From positions 117,591,103 through 117,644,797 of the forward strand of contig NC_068983.1 in NCBI RefSeq assembly GCF_001194135.2: 53,695 nucleotides of DNA, in the 5' to 3' direction. The stretch is from Octopus bimaculoides (lineage: Eukaryota). Position numbers and translations under genes: made by a program. Under the pieces are notes generated by a model, which saw only the letters and a list, made by a program, of their open reading frames with translations, ran no database searches and was not told where the DNA came from. Shown piece after piece: positions 11,345 through 25,104 of the stretch (the first letter of the stretch is position 1; the number at the start of each line of letters is the position of its first letter).

Positions 11345-13833
11345 GCGTTCATATAAATATTGATATGTGGGTAAGTAAGCATCCACACACACACACACAT
11401 ACACACATACGCACACACACACATACACACATATGCACGCACACAAATACACACATACGCACACATACCATGAAAGAGTTGGGTGAAATGTTACGCAATA
11501 TTTGTTCTGACATTCGCTGCACTGAGTTCAAATCCCGCTGAGGTGAAATTTCTCTTTAATTCTTTTGGGATCCTTTCCTTTTGGCCGGCACATAGAAAAA
11601 ATAATTTTTTGCAACAAAATACTTTCAAATTTCGTATACTGATGGAATGTGTCATTTAAAACAACATTTACTCTTGGCGTTTTTAAGAAAATTCTTTATT
11701 TTCGAAGTTATTTCGTGTTAAAGTTGTATTTCGGTAATTTCAGCCAATCAATGACGTCTATTGAGGTGAAAAAAATTGCTGCTGTGGTTTGTCAACAAGA
11801 CGTTCTGGTGGTGTATATCTAGTTTGTCACTGTTATTTCTGATAGTTCTGATAGTTTGTTCGCACAGATACACGTTTTGGGAGAGTTTTTTCTTCTTTTG
11901 CTTTTTCATTATTACACATTTTCTAAGAGCGTAGAGCAGACAGAATCGTTAGAGCGTCGGAGAAAATGGTCTTTACTGTTCTGAGCTCAAACCCCGTCGA
12001 CGTCGATGATATAAAGTACCAATCCCCCTTCATGCGATATTTTTCGCCCGATGTCAAAATGCAAATTATTACAAGGTGACGAGTTGGACGAATCATCATA
12101 GCATTGAACATGCCTCGCAACCTTTGTTCCGACTCTTTACAATCTAAATTCAAATTTTGCCAAGTTCGACTTTCATTTCTCCAGGATCGAAAATATAAAA
12201 TACCAGTCAAGTACTAGGGTCCATAGTACCGAGTAATTCCATTCCACAAAATTAATGACCATGTGTCTAAATAAAAAAATCATCATGATAGTTTTATTTT
12301 ATCTGTATTGACTGCATCTTTGCTCTGTCAGAAGAGACACAGTCTTCAGTTGCGTGATCAACGTGGATTTGAGAAACATGAATATGCAACAGTGAGTGAT
12401 CTCAGTAATATTATAAACACGCACAAATACACACATGCTTACACAGACACGCACACACGTGTGTATACACACACAGGTACGTGTGTGTTTGTGTGTGTGT
12501 GTGTGTGTGTACATAGATATATGCATACATACATGCAAATATATACATATGACAAACTGGATTCGAACTTTTGCTATTATGCTTTCTACTATCTAACTTT
12601 GAAAATCGTTAGTTTCATAGTAACATGACTTACCAACCCGCGTCATTCTTTCTATATACTCTTATGATATATTTAAATCAAATTTTATTTCCATTTATCT
12701 TGGTATTGTGGAGGACTTTCAACAGGCGAATTGCATGACCAGGCCATCAAAATTGAGACCAGATAAGAAAAGCTTCAATATCTGAAATGACACATTACTT
12801 GAAAATAACGATGTTACAGACTTTGTCGTTCCAGTTATATCCATAGATATCAAGCAGGCATCGTTTGTGGAAAATATCAAATTCTTTATGGCACCTATAA
12901 GGAGTCCCACATAACAAAGTCAAATAAACTACAGCTCGATACACTTCAGTTTTTATTTCTAAAGTAAGATCTCCTTCGAATCAAACTTGAAACTGCAATT
13001 TCCCAAAACAGCCAGTTTCTTTTGATGTCATTTACGATGTTGTAATTCGGGAAAGCGTTTCAATTAATTCTACTACTCCAATACGGAGTATAGATATATG
13101 CATATCTAGAACATAGCCATCAATTTTTATGTGAGTTGTTGTAAGAATATAGGCAGGTTGCGTAAACTTTATTTTCTATGCCTACGGTTGACTTAATGCT
13201 GGTAAATTACTTGATTACTTTATGTTTATAGTTACACTAATCTCATTAACAGCGCAGGAACTGTTCGACAGTTAAATTGAGCTTCTTCAAACTATATTAT
13301 CACAAATATTGTAGCATCAGCAAATAGTATATGAAAAATAAACGTTGACTCATTCATTGTTGATACGCATGTACTATCGCCGAATGCAGATAGAACTCCT
13401 TTATCAAAGTCTTTAAACACGTAATCAAGCAGCATAACAGAGAAATAAAGAGCAAACAATACAAGACCTATCACTCCCGTACTTATTACCATTTCTGACT
13501 TCACAGATACTGTTAATTGATTATCTGCCTTAGATAGCTGCAGCTCTCATACCATGATGAAAAGAAATAATCACATTTAACACATTAACGGTAACTCTGT
13601 ATTTTTGCACTTTCCAGTTTATTATAGAGCGTGTCATGATACGATGCACAGGAAAATTTTAAAATTCCCCACTTACCATCGCACATTCTCTGCAACCTGT
13701 CTCGAACAGCATATCATATTGATTATTTCTCTGTCCATTATTAAGTCATATTGGGATTCAGAATAGCCACGTTGGTAACACTGGAAGCAGAAGATATCAT
13801 CTATTGTAGTGTATGTGTTTGTGTGGGGTACTC

Positions 13834-13882
<49 letters not shown>

Positions 13883-16800
13883 GTGTGTGTGTGTGTGTGT
13901 GTGTGCGTGTGTGTGCGTGTGTGTGCGTGCGTGCGTGTGTGTGTGTGTGTGTGTGTGTGTATAAATAAAGAAAAAGATAAAGAGACCAATGGCAAAGTTA
14001 GAATTATATTTTATGTATAAAGTTTTACAGCTGTTTCAGGGAAAATCCAATGTATCCCTTCATCGGAGACGGTAATATTAGAAGAATGGATTATTACATC
14101 TATAAGAGGTGATTTGTAGTAAGAAGTGAGAGTGATGCGTAGAAGAAAGAACAAATAAGAAAAAGTACTTGGAGTATAGTTCCATTCCAACAGTAAACAT
14201 CCATGTAAAGAATCCTTGTGGATATTTTCCGGGGATAATTGTAGTTGCAAAGGTGGATATATATCATATCATATCCAGTGTACTCTGTGCGTTGTTTACT
14301 GAAAGGATAGTCCCAATCGAGTGAGAGATATATGTGTAGGATTAAGAGTTCAAGCCTTAAGACAAGAGGGAAGAGGGGAAGAAGTAATTCAAGTGAGAAA
14401 TATGGTAGGCAGTAGTAAGCAGTCGTAAGGTCAGTTGTACTGACAAGAAGGAAGGAAGAAGGAGAGATAGCAAAAGGAAGAATATGGGGGTGGAAGTATA
14501 AGTCTAGTAAAGAAATGTAGAGAGAAGGAATATGGCNNNNNNNNNNNNNNNNNNNNNNNNGGGGGGGGGGGGGGGTAATGTGGAGAAGTATTTATAATTG
14601 TGTACAGTGTCAGGCTATGAAGGAACCTGTAAGTGGTGATGGTGTTGGTGGCTTTCGCAGAAAAGTATTAAAGGAAGGAAGCAAAATAAGAGAACAGAGT
14701 TAGTAGTGCACTCTTCAAAACCTGCACTAAGAATAAGCACAAGGTAAAATTATTACCTGCTTTTGCAGCAAGTTCATGCAGGTAGTTTATCCCGTCCCCC
14801 TCCGACTTTTAGTTCATGCAATTGAAAAAAACCGCATTATTAATGGGATGACCCATATGTGTATGTGTTTGTGCGCGCACGTACGTGTGTGTGTGTGTAA
14901 TATGTGCCAGCACATATGTCTGTCTGTCTATCTATCCTTTCCCCATCCGTTATTATTTTTTTCCTCTTTCTTGATTGTCCCGAAACTTCTCTCTCTGTTA
15001 ATTCCATTCCTTTGCTATTCTTTCTTTCTCCCNNNNNNNNNNNNNNNNNNNNNNNNNNNNNNNNNNNNNNNNNNNNNNNNNNNNNNNNNNNNNNNNNNNN
15101 NNNNNNNNNNNNNNNNNNNNNNNNNNNNNNNNNNNNNNNNNNNNNNNNNNNNNNNNNNNNNNNNNNNNNNNNNNNNNNNNNNNNNNNNNNNNNNNNNNNN
15201 NNNNNNNNNNNNNNNNNNNNNNNNNNNNNNNNNNNNNNNNNNNNNNNNNNNNNNNNNNNNNNNNNNNNNNNNNNNNNNNNNNNNNNNNNNNNNNNNNNNN
15301 NNNNNNNNNNNNNNNNNNNNNNNNNNNNNNNNNNNNNNNNNNNNNNNNNNNNNNNNNNNNNNNNNNNNNNNNNNNNNNNNNNNNNNNNNNNNNNNNNNNN
15401 NNNNNNNNNNNNNNNNNNNNNNNNNNNNNNNNNNNNNNNNNNNNNNNNNNNNNNNNNNNNNNNNNNNNNNNNNNNNNNNNNNNNNNNNNNNNNNNNNNNN
15501 NNNNNNNNNNNNNNNNNNNNNNNNNNNNNNNNNNNNNNNNNNNNNNNNNNNNNNNNNNNNNNNNNNNNNNNNNNNNNNNNNNNNNNNNNNNNNNNNNNNN
15601 NNNNNNNNNNNNNNNNNNNNNNNNNNNNNNNNNNNNNNNNNNNNNNNNNNNNNNNNNNNNNNNNNNNNNNNNNNNNNNNNNNNNNNNNNNNNNNNNNNNN
15701 NNNNNNNNNNNNNNNNNNNNNNNNNNNNNNNNNNNNNNNNNNNNNNNNNNNNNNNNNGAGAGAGGGTGGGGGTGAGAGAGGGGATAGATAGACAGACTGA
15801 CGGATAGATAAATTAGATAGATAGATAGATATGGCTGGATGGATGGAGGGAAAAATGGATAGATGGATATCGGACAGATATATATATATATATGCATGAA
15901 TGCATACATATAAGTGCGTTTCAATGTATAGTGAACTACGTACCAAGAATTTTATCTGACTGTTTTCATTAACCAGTATAGTCATGTTCGTTTATGTTCA
16001 TTTTTCGAGGAGAAACAAAGTCCAATATTAACACCTTCGCGTATTCAAAACGAAATCGTTCCAGTATAAACTTGAGGCCTCCAGTCTCTTACATGGAAAT
16101 CATATTCCCTATTAACACTGCCTTAGGGCTTCTTCACAGCTTGTTATATACTGTAATTGAAAACAAAAGCAATCACTTGTTTTTTATCTTCTTTTCATTA
16201 ACACCGTTGACTAAAATATTTATGAATGGAATCAAAATGATGCCGCAAGCGAATATATTATATTTACATGAAGACAAAAAATTGAATATAGGACGGTATA
16301 ATTTCGTAATTTCCGATGTTTCATCGAAGAAAATGGATACATGCTATCAATAGTTGTTATTTCTTGTAATAAGAATTTTCTTAGTGCCCTGGAAATAGAT
16401 TAAAGGTTAGACTTTTGAAAAGTTCTATATTATGAATTTGTATTTCACTAAACCATAAACAATGTTATTAACCTACTTATTCTTTACAACTGCAAAATAA
16501 TACGAGACCTGCCTTTTCCCCTTTACCATGATTTTAAAAGTTTTTTTATAATAGAAATATTTATAAGTTCTGAATAAATTCTTATAGGTTGAATGGCCAG
16601 AAGGTATTGGCCAGTCAAATTTAAAGAGTTAATCGATTTGTTTTGGCAAGAGGAGATAGTGTTTATGACGGGCAAGTAATTTGAACAATTTCAATAATCC
16701 ACAAATTAAATTACAATGTAATAAAATTATGAGTGTTTACGTCTCTGCATTTCAATTCTTTTCATAATATGAACAGTATCAAAGGAAATAAATTTTGCGA

Positions 16801-17259
16801 TAAAACTATTTATATATTTATATNNNNNNNNNNNNNNNNNNNNNNNNNNNNNNNNNNNNNNNNNNNNNNNNNNNNNNNNNNNNNNNNNNNNNNNNNNNNN
16901 NNNNNNNNNNNNNNNNNNNNNNNNNNNNNNNNNNNNNNNNNNNNNNNNNNNNNNNNNNNNNNNNNNNNNNNNNNNNNNNNNNNNNNNNNNNNNNNNNNNN
17001 NNNNNNNNNNNNNNNNNNNNNNNNNNNNNNNNNNNNNNNNNNNNNNNNNNNNNNNNNNNNNNNNNNNNNNNNNNNNNNNNNNNNNNNNNNNNNNNNNNNN
17101 NNNNNNNNNNNNNNNNNNNNNNNNNNNNNNNNNNNNNNNNNNNNNNNNNNNNNNNNNNNNNNNNNNNNNNNNNTATATATATATATATATATATATATGC
17201 ATGTGTGTACGTGTGTGTATATATGTACATATATATATAAATATACATGGAGAGAGACC

Positions 17260-17305
<46 letters not shown>

Positions 17306-17633
17306 GACTATCAGATGATGTTATAAACCGCTGCTCACAATGTGCTTCTTCATATTGTTGTAACTTTTGAATGGTGCAAACCCGCAGCCTAGGCAGGCTG
17401 ACCAACTCGAACTCAGAACGTAATTCTAGTCGGTCGCAATGTCACCTATTTATAATTAAATGTGTCTGGAGGAACATGTGATGAAGTATTTTGCTCAAGA
17501 ACTCAATACCTGATGTATGCAGTTATGTGTATATATGTATGTAAACATATACGCATGTATATATGTATATATATATATATATATATGTGTGTGTATGTGT
17601 GTGTGTGTGTGTGTATATGTATATATATATATG

Positions 17634-17676
<43 letters not shown>

Positions 17677-18387
17677 ATATGTATGTATGCATGTATGTAT
17701 GTATGCATGCATGTTGTATGTATAATAGTTAATGTCAAGAATTATAAAAACTCAGCTGAACCTGAGATAATTAGAATATATTCAGTGCTGAATATTATTC
17801 TGTATACGCACATGTTACCGAGATGCAACTGGATAAATTCAAATCTCTTTCAGGGATATATAATTGTGAACAAAAGTCATCGTTGCTGTGATGGCTACAT
17901 CGTGGTAGGTTGATTCTTGTTTATTTTTATATATTTTGACCATACGTGTACTGATGAACAAAAGAATACAGGTTACTTCAAAGTTTTTTTCTGTATTTGA
18001 TTGAGAAACCAGTGGTCTACCGTTGAGTTAAATGTTTTTAAGAGATAAATTTTGAAAAGCTGCATTCCCTCGCTTTCGGTAAATATGTTGCTTATTTNNN
18101 NNNNNNNNNNNNNNNNNNNNNNNNNNNNNNNNNNNNNNNNNNNNNNNNNNNNNNNNNNNNNNNNNNNNNNNNNNNNNNNNNNNNNNNNNNNNNNNNNNNN
18201 NNNNNNNNNNNNNNNNNNNNNNNNNNNNNNNNNNNNNNNNNNNNNNNNNNNNNNNNNNNNNNNNNNNNNNNNNNNNNNNNNNNNNNNNNNNNNNNNNNNN
18301 ATACATGTACATACATACACACACACATACATACATATTCACACATGCATATATGCATACATGCATACACATATACATGTACATACA

Positions 18388-18419
<32 letters not shown>

Positions 18420-18736
18420 CATACACACTTATATACGTATATATTTAACTTAATATATCCTTCACCATAAACAATTTAGTTACGTTCATCATTATTTTAA
18501 TCCACAGTGTTAACAAAGAAATAAAAATAGACATGAAAAATGAGAATATTTTTATGTTTTTACCATAAATTAAAATTATAAATATATTCCTAAGCAATTG
18601 TCAAAGTCCGCATAACCAAAAATAATCTTAATTGTAGATGTAAAAGTGACTTCTTGAATGAAAAAAACACTTGAATGAGATTTCTTTTGTAGTTCAAAAT
18701 AGAAATATGATTTGTCTATCAATCTATCTGGCTACG

Positions 18737-18781
<45 letters not shown>

Positions 18782-19791
18782 CTAAAATAAATAAAATGTT
18801 ATTATTTTACTTTAAATGTTTATTTTCAGTTTATATACATACATACATCACACATACATGCATACATACATACATACATACATACATCACACATACATAA
18901 TACATACATACATCACACATACATACAAATATACATACATACATACATACATACATACATACATACAAATATTTGCATACACCACAGACGCACATTTGCG
19001 CACACACACATGTTACACTCTCTACACTGGTTCTTTTCATTGATATTTAAGTTCACACTGTTGAGAGAGAGAGGGTGAGGGTGAGAGAGAGAGAAAGAGA
19101 GAAAGAGAGAAAGGGAGACCGAGGGAGAGGGAGACTGCATACAAGAGAGCGAAGGCTTCAAATTTAATAAGGAGCAATTTCTATTTCAAAAATAATAACG
19201 GTTTCCGTTTTCCTCCAAGGATACATAAACACATACATACATACATACATACATACATACATACACATATACATGCATACATACATACATACATACATAC
19301 ATACATACATACATACATACATGCATGCATGCATACATACATACATACATATGCATATAAAAAAATCACAATTAAAATGGAAATATCTACAAGGCAAGGA
19401 ACATATAAAAATATAGCATCAAGCCACACTGGAAAAGGATCGAAATATAAACGATGCAATAAAATAGAATGATGGTTTCGACGCAGAACGCTTGTGTCAC
19501 ATAGCCAACTGAAAACGATGTTTCCTGGGCTAAATAGTAGTAGCATTCTTCCCTTTCCTGGGACTGCCACATTAAGTTGGCAAGAAACAATCACTTTATC
19601 GTGCTGCTCTGAGAGATTAAGAAATGCAGTATCTCTAATAAAATAGAAGAATTTGTGTAATCAACATAAATGCACAATAAAAGAAGCGGAATAGAATCTA
19701 AATATTTCGAGTTAACACTTTCACAATGAGAAGCGAAAGAAATAGAAGTGTAAGAAGAAGAGAATGAAACGATGCCGAATTTACGACGTCG

Positions 19792-19902
<111 letters not shown>

Positions 19903-19946
19903 TGCGTGTGTGTGTGTATGAACAAGCACATACTCAAAGACACACA

Positions 19947-19980
<34 letters not shown>

Positions 19981-19999
19981 TGTGTGTGCGTGTGTGTCT

Positions 20000-20030
<31 letters not shown>

Positions 20031-20193
20031 TCACAGGCTTCTTTCAGTTTCCATCTACCAAAACTACTCACAAGCTTTTTGTCGGCCATTGGCTATAGTT
20101 GAAGGCACTTATCCAAAGTGTTGCTCAGGGGGACTGAACCCGAAACCATGTGGCTAGGAAGTAAAGTTTTCGCTACACAGCCACGTATGCACC
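20031..20193 (-). mobile_element. tRNA-derived SINE (51446 family), reverse orientation
   Basis: The reverse complement aligns to 51446-51600 (ttcgggttcagtcc, ggtaga.ggaaactgaaag), with a microsatellite tail at 19940-20030. Confidence 0.85.
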
Positions 20194-20526
20194 TATCTAT
20201 ACTTTTCTGATCTATTTCTCTTTATAATACGTCTTATCTTTCTATTCCACTTATTTCAGTAGAACCACTGTTTTCTTCTTTCAGAGTGACAATGGGAGGG
20301 AAATCAACGAACAAAAACAGATTGACATTTGACATATTAAGATTCCATGTTGTTCTGATTAATGTATTGAGTGTGGTATTGTACAGTTTTCAAATAATTA
20401 GTTTCACGGATCGCTAAAATATATTTTAGCCTAATTCAAAACAATTCTCTTATTCTCAAGATTTCCATATAAAATATCTGTTCGGTTCCTACAAACTGAC
20501 GCTTTATAGAGGTAAGTTTATTACCA

Positions 20527-20540
20527 AAAAGTTGTTGTAG

Positions 20541-20572
<32 letters not shown>

Positions 20573-20620
20573 GCTGCTGCTGCTGCTGCTATTGCTTTTG
20601 TTGTTGTTGTTGCTGTTATT
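20527..20620. repeat. (TTG)n/(CTG)n trinucleotide microsatellite
   Basis: Direct reading. It produces the spurious poly-Leu ORF 20541-20741. Confidence 0.95.
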
Positions 20621-21001
20621 TTTGTTGAGTCCCAAATCAATCCTGATTGGAAGAGATACAATCAAAGTGGGTTTAGTCATCACAATCCCCTATCTTTTGT
20701 ATATCTTTGGTTCTGTTATCAAATGTGCCCTTCATTCTTAAGACGGCAGAATGTTATTTGAGGGAGATTTAACTGTATTTTCTGACATGTCCAGCAACCA
20801 CATAGAGATTCTTAACAGACACAGCTGAATGTTAGAAAATGTTATTCACTGTTGGTTGAAGAGTTGATAGCTGAATATCAATGATCGGAGAAGTTCTTTT
20901 CAGAAGCTATTTATGTGAAATATCCATTGTAGTGGAAGCACTAGATAGTAGATCTTAGAATTCGATGCACTTCTTTATGTTTGTCGTAGAAATTATGTGT
21001 A

Positions 21002-21039
<38 letters not shown>

Positions 21040-21889
21040 NNNNNNNNNNNNNNNNNNNNNNNNNNNNNNNNNNNNNNNNNNNNNNNNNNNNNNNNNNNNN
21101 NNNNNNNNNNNNNNNNNNNNNNNNNNNNNNNNNNNNNNNNNNNNNNNNNNNNNNNNNNNNNNNNNNNNNNNNNNNNNNNNNNNNNNNNNNNNNNNNNNNN
21201 NNNNNNNNNNNNNNNNNNNNNNNNNNNNNNNNNNNNNNNNNNNNNNNNNNNNNNNNNNNNNNNNNNNNNNNNNNNNNNNNNNNNNNNNNNNNNNNNNNNN
21301 NNNNNNNNNNNNNNNNNNNNNNNNNNNNNNNNNNNNNNNNNNNNNNNNNNNNNNNNNNNNNNNNNNNNNNNNNNNNNNNNNNNNNNNNNNNNNNNNNNNN
21401 NNNNNNNNNNNNNNNNNNNNNNNNNNNNNNNNNNNNNNNNNNNNNNNNNNNNNNNNNNNNNNNNNNNNNNNNNNNNNNNNNNNNNNNNNNNNNNNNNNNN
21501 NNNNNNNNNNNNNNNNNNNNNNNNNNNNNNNNNNNNNNNNNNNNNNNNNNNNNNNNNNNNNNNNNNNNNNNNNNNNNNNNNNNNNNNNNNNNNNNNNNNN
21601 NNNNNNNNNNNNNNNNNNNNNNNNNNNNNNNNNNNNNNNNNNNNNNNNNNNNNNNNNNNNNNNNNNNNNNNNNNNNNNNNNNNNNNNNNNNNNNNNNNNN
21701 NNNNNNNNNNNNNNNNNNNNNNNNNNNNNNNNNNNNNNNNNNNNNNNNNNNNNNNNNNNNNNNNNNNNNNNNNNNNNNNNNNNNNNNNNNNNNNNNNNNN
21801 NNNNNNNNNNNNNNNNNNNNNNNNNNNNNNNNNNNNNNNNNNNNNNNNNNNNNNNNNNNNNNNNNNNNNNNNNNNNNNNNNNNNNNNNA

Positions 21890-22305
21890 TCTATTGAACA
21901 TTGAGTTCCGCGTTGACCGTTTGGTTCTGTTCAAGCAATTCGTAATGGATAATTCTTTCCCAGTCCCACCATACGCACAACATCGTTTTACGAGAATGAA
22001 GATCTTGTTTCACGCACGGTGTCGCTTGTTTTCCGGGGCTAAGCCATTCCTTATGCTGCTTCATATTGATGTACAGGCACCACTTTTCGTCGCCAGTAAC
22101 GATTCGGTAAAGAAATCGTTGCTTGTGTCCATGAGTTGAGCGGTGACGAGCAAACAAACCAGCGGAGATTGTGGCTCGTTGATTATTGTTGTTGTCACTT
22201 AAAGTATGAGAAACTTATGCTCCATACTTCTGAACATTACCCATCGAGTAAAGATGCTTCTGTATAGCAGTGTGGGAGTATTCCATTTCCTCTACCAGTT
22301 GATTG
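21890..22305 (-). mobile_element. Decayed mariner (DD34D) transposase fragment, cut by the assembly gap
   Basis: Minus frame reads SHTAIQKHLYSMGNVQKYGA*VSHTL (a degenerate WVPHEL motif), then RIVTGDEKW (first catalytic D), then LHSRKTMLCVWWDWERIIHYELLEQNQTVN. It contains an in-frame stop. Confidence 0.93.
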
Positions 22306-23636
22306 GATCAGGAAAAAAAGAAAAAGATTCTATTAAGCGAAAGTGAGATAACATTTAAGAATATAAAAGTTATACCTGAGCTACTTCAAGTTTCATACTC
22401 ACAAAGTGTAGTATTCAGACGGGCTTGTATGGCATTTAAGATCGGTTAATTGTCCAGACTCATATATCATAATAACTCAGTAAGGGAATACGAGAGGAAA
22501 TGAAAGGAAAAAATAAAGAACGAAAAAGCTTCAAGAAACGTTTTGAGGGGAAGGGAAATAATTCCACTTTGGAATCTAAGTTATATCTCTGAAACTCTTA
22601 AATAAAGTACATTTTTGATGTTGGGTATATACTGTGTTTTAAGTGGGAGTATCATTTATAAGTCCCCAAATATATGCCTTGTACAGCATGTATGTACAGT
22701 TAGCTCAGTCGTCTTGGATGCTGAGGTCACCTCCGCTCCGCCAAATAAGGAAACCGAAAGAAATATTATTTTGGAATCTACGAAGTCCCTTCAAAAAAAA
22801 ACAAAAAAGATACGCCAAACTATGAGACTTCTTTCAAGAATATAGGCAAAGAGAAAAGAACGTAGATAGCAAGCCATACCCAGGACCGAAGGAACAACCG
22901 TATACCACACACCATTAAGTGTAACATTGAAGAGAGAGAGAGAGCAAAGCCATACATCAATGGGTCGAAAAGGCTGGTTGTCTATAGCGAAAGGAACAGA
23001 AATCCTTATCAGGTCGGGGAACTACACCAATCTTGTAAAGTTGAGATCAGAGATTTTTACAAGATATATGCATCTTGACAAGTTTCTTTTATCGAAGTGG
23101 AAAGCACTTGAACCGGATCACATGTACAGTTTAATACACTCTAGCCTTCCCCTGTTCGAATCCCCCTATTGATATAGTTTCTTGATATCTTCTCTATGAC
23201 ACCAGCCAGTTAATCACATTATATATTCAATATAGAAAATATTCTTCATTTACGTGTTAAAGAACATAATGTAGCTTCTATGAATTAAAATATTCCCTTT
23301 GCCCTTAAATTGTTTATTAATGTTTCCTGATATTTCCTTATGGTGTATCTATGTTAGGGAAGCCCGAACAATTACCGAATCGTACACGGTAAGCTACTTA
23401 AAGACGTTCCGAGCCTAAAACTTGAAGTAGCTCATATTTAATTCTAGTAGTCATTAAATGATATATACATCCATGTATACATGTATACACTGACATACAC
23501 GCACATCTCCGTGTATCTCTATCTTTCTACACACACACACACATACACGCAGACACACACCCACACCCACACACACACACAGACACACGCAGGCACACAC
23601 AGAGACATACGTACACATATGCATACATACTTACTT

Positions 23637-23706
<70 letters not shown>

Positions 23707-24924
23707 GTGTATATATGTATGTATGCATGTATGTGTGTATGTACCTATTTGTTTGTGTATGAGTTACAGTGATGATATAACTGCACTCAAGTTTAATGTT
23801 CTTTATTAATGATTTTTTAGACATATTTTCATTATTAAGCATTCATATATACTACTTGGTGGCGATGATTTCCGAAATCCATTAGCGCTTGAAGACCTTT
23901 TCTACCTCATCGTACGTCTAAAGAGATGGTACTACAGGTTATTTTCATAGTTTATTTCACATGTACCCTGTGTTTGCATGGCGAATGTATCCTTTTTTTT
24001 TGGGGGGGGGGGTTAAAATTCTACACTTAATGTCATTCTCTATTGATAAGTGGTGTAAATGTTATTGATTTTTATACTATATTGATATTATTTATTGAAT
24101 GGTGTGGTATTCGGTATTGTTATGCTATATTGATAAAAAAATCTATAACAATGTTATCAATTAATGTTTTGTTTCGTGCTTTTTTTAAAATATAATAATA
24201 TGCTCTAATGGTGCCTTGCCACAAATGCATGATCAAACGAAGAGTAAGTGACGAGTAAGTGCAGTACATGTATATTCAATATAACAGATTAGTCATGGAG
24301 TTTTTAACTTTTATGTTCAATTTTAAATTTCGATATTACATTAGTTGTGTGAATTACGATCTGTAGCTTGAAGATTTGTGGCTTAATATTATGGAGATGG
24401 TTTTTAATCCTTGTGTGTATCGTTATGGACTCAAATTCTTAGTTGGTGATTACATGTGATACACGCTGTATTTAGTTTTATGAGACTTTTAATGGTCTAT
24501 AGTCAAATTACATCAAAATGTAATCAAATCATTCAATAAATAGAGATCTATATGATAAGTACCACCCTGAAATGAGTACTGTAGTTAATACAATTGATCA
24601 AAATCTTCGAAGATGGCACCAGCATGATCGCTGACGTGCGGTAGAAACCTGTTAGAGAATTAAGAGGAAAAGAATTTATATTTTGAGATTTTGTGTTTTG
24701 GTGACAAAAAAGCAAAAGTAAAGAAAAGAATAAAAAATTATACTACTGGACAAAATGCCTTGCAATACATTGTTATGCTTTGTGTTAAAACTTCATGCAT
24801 ACTAACTTCAAAGAAAGCCAGTAATATGTTGAAGTTTATTTCTTTCTTTAACAGAGTTCATAGAATGTTGAAGCGATTGTTAAGGTTGACATAATGGTTT
24901 CAAGTTTTGGCAAAAAGGCTGGTG

Positions 24925-25104
24925 ACTTTAGGGGAGAGAGTAAATCGATTAGGTCAACCCAGAATTTAACTGGTACTTATTTTATCGATTGTGAGTGGAC
25001 CAAAGGCAAAGCCGACCTCTGCAGTACTTAAACTCAGAACCTAAAGACGGACGAAATGCCACAAAATACGTTAGTCCAGTGTGTTAATGATTCTGCCAGC
25101 TCGT
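24925..25104 (-). mobile_element. Degenerate SINE (11133 family)
   Basis: ctggtacttattttatcga...aaaggcaaagccgacctc...aactcagaac...attctgccagctcg. Confidence 0.75.

Noticed and set aside
14757-14806. Minus-strand peptide SEGDGINYLHELAAKA resembling an ankyrin-repeat start, with a cag|gtaat donor
   Set aside because: Only 16 codons with a poor acceptor and no further ankyrin repeats, so it is likely chance.
22927-23172. Faint LINE RT-like words (SKWKA, KALEPDH)
   Set aside because: Too degenerate to assign by eye; needs a profile search.
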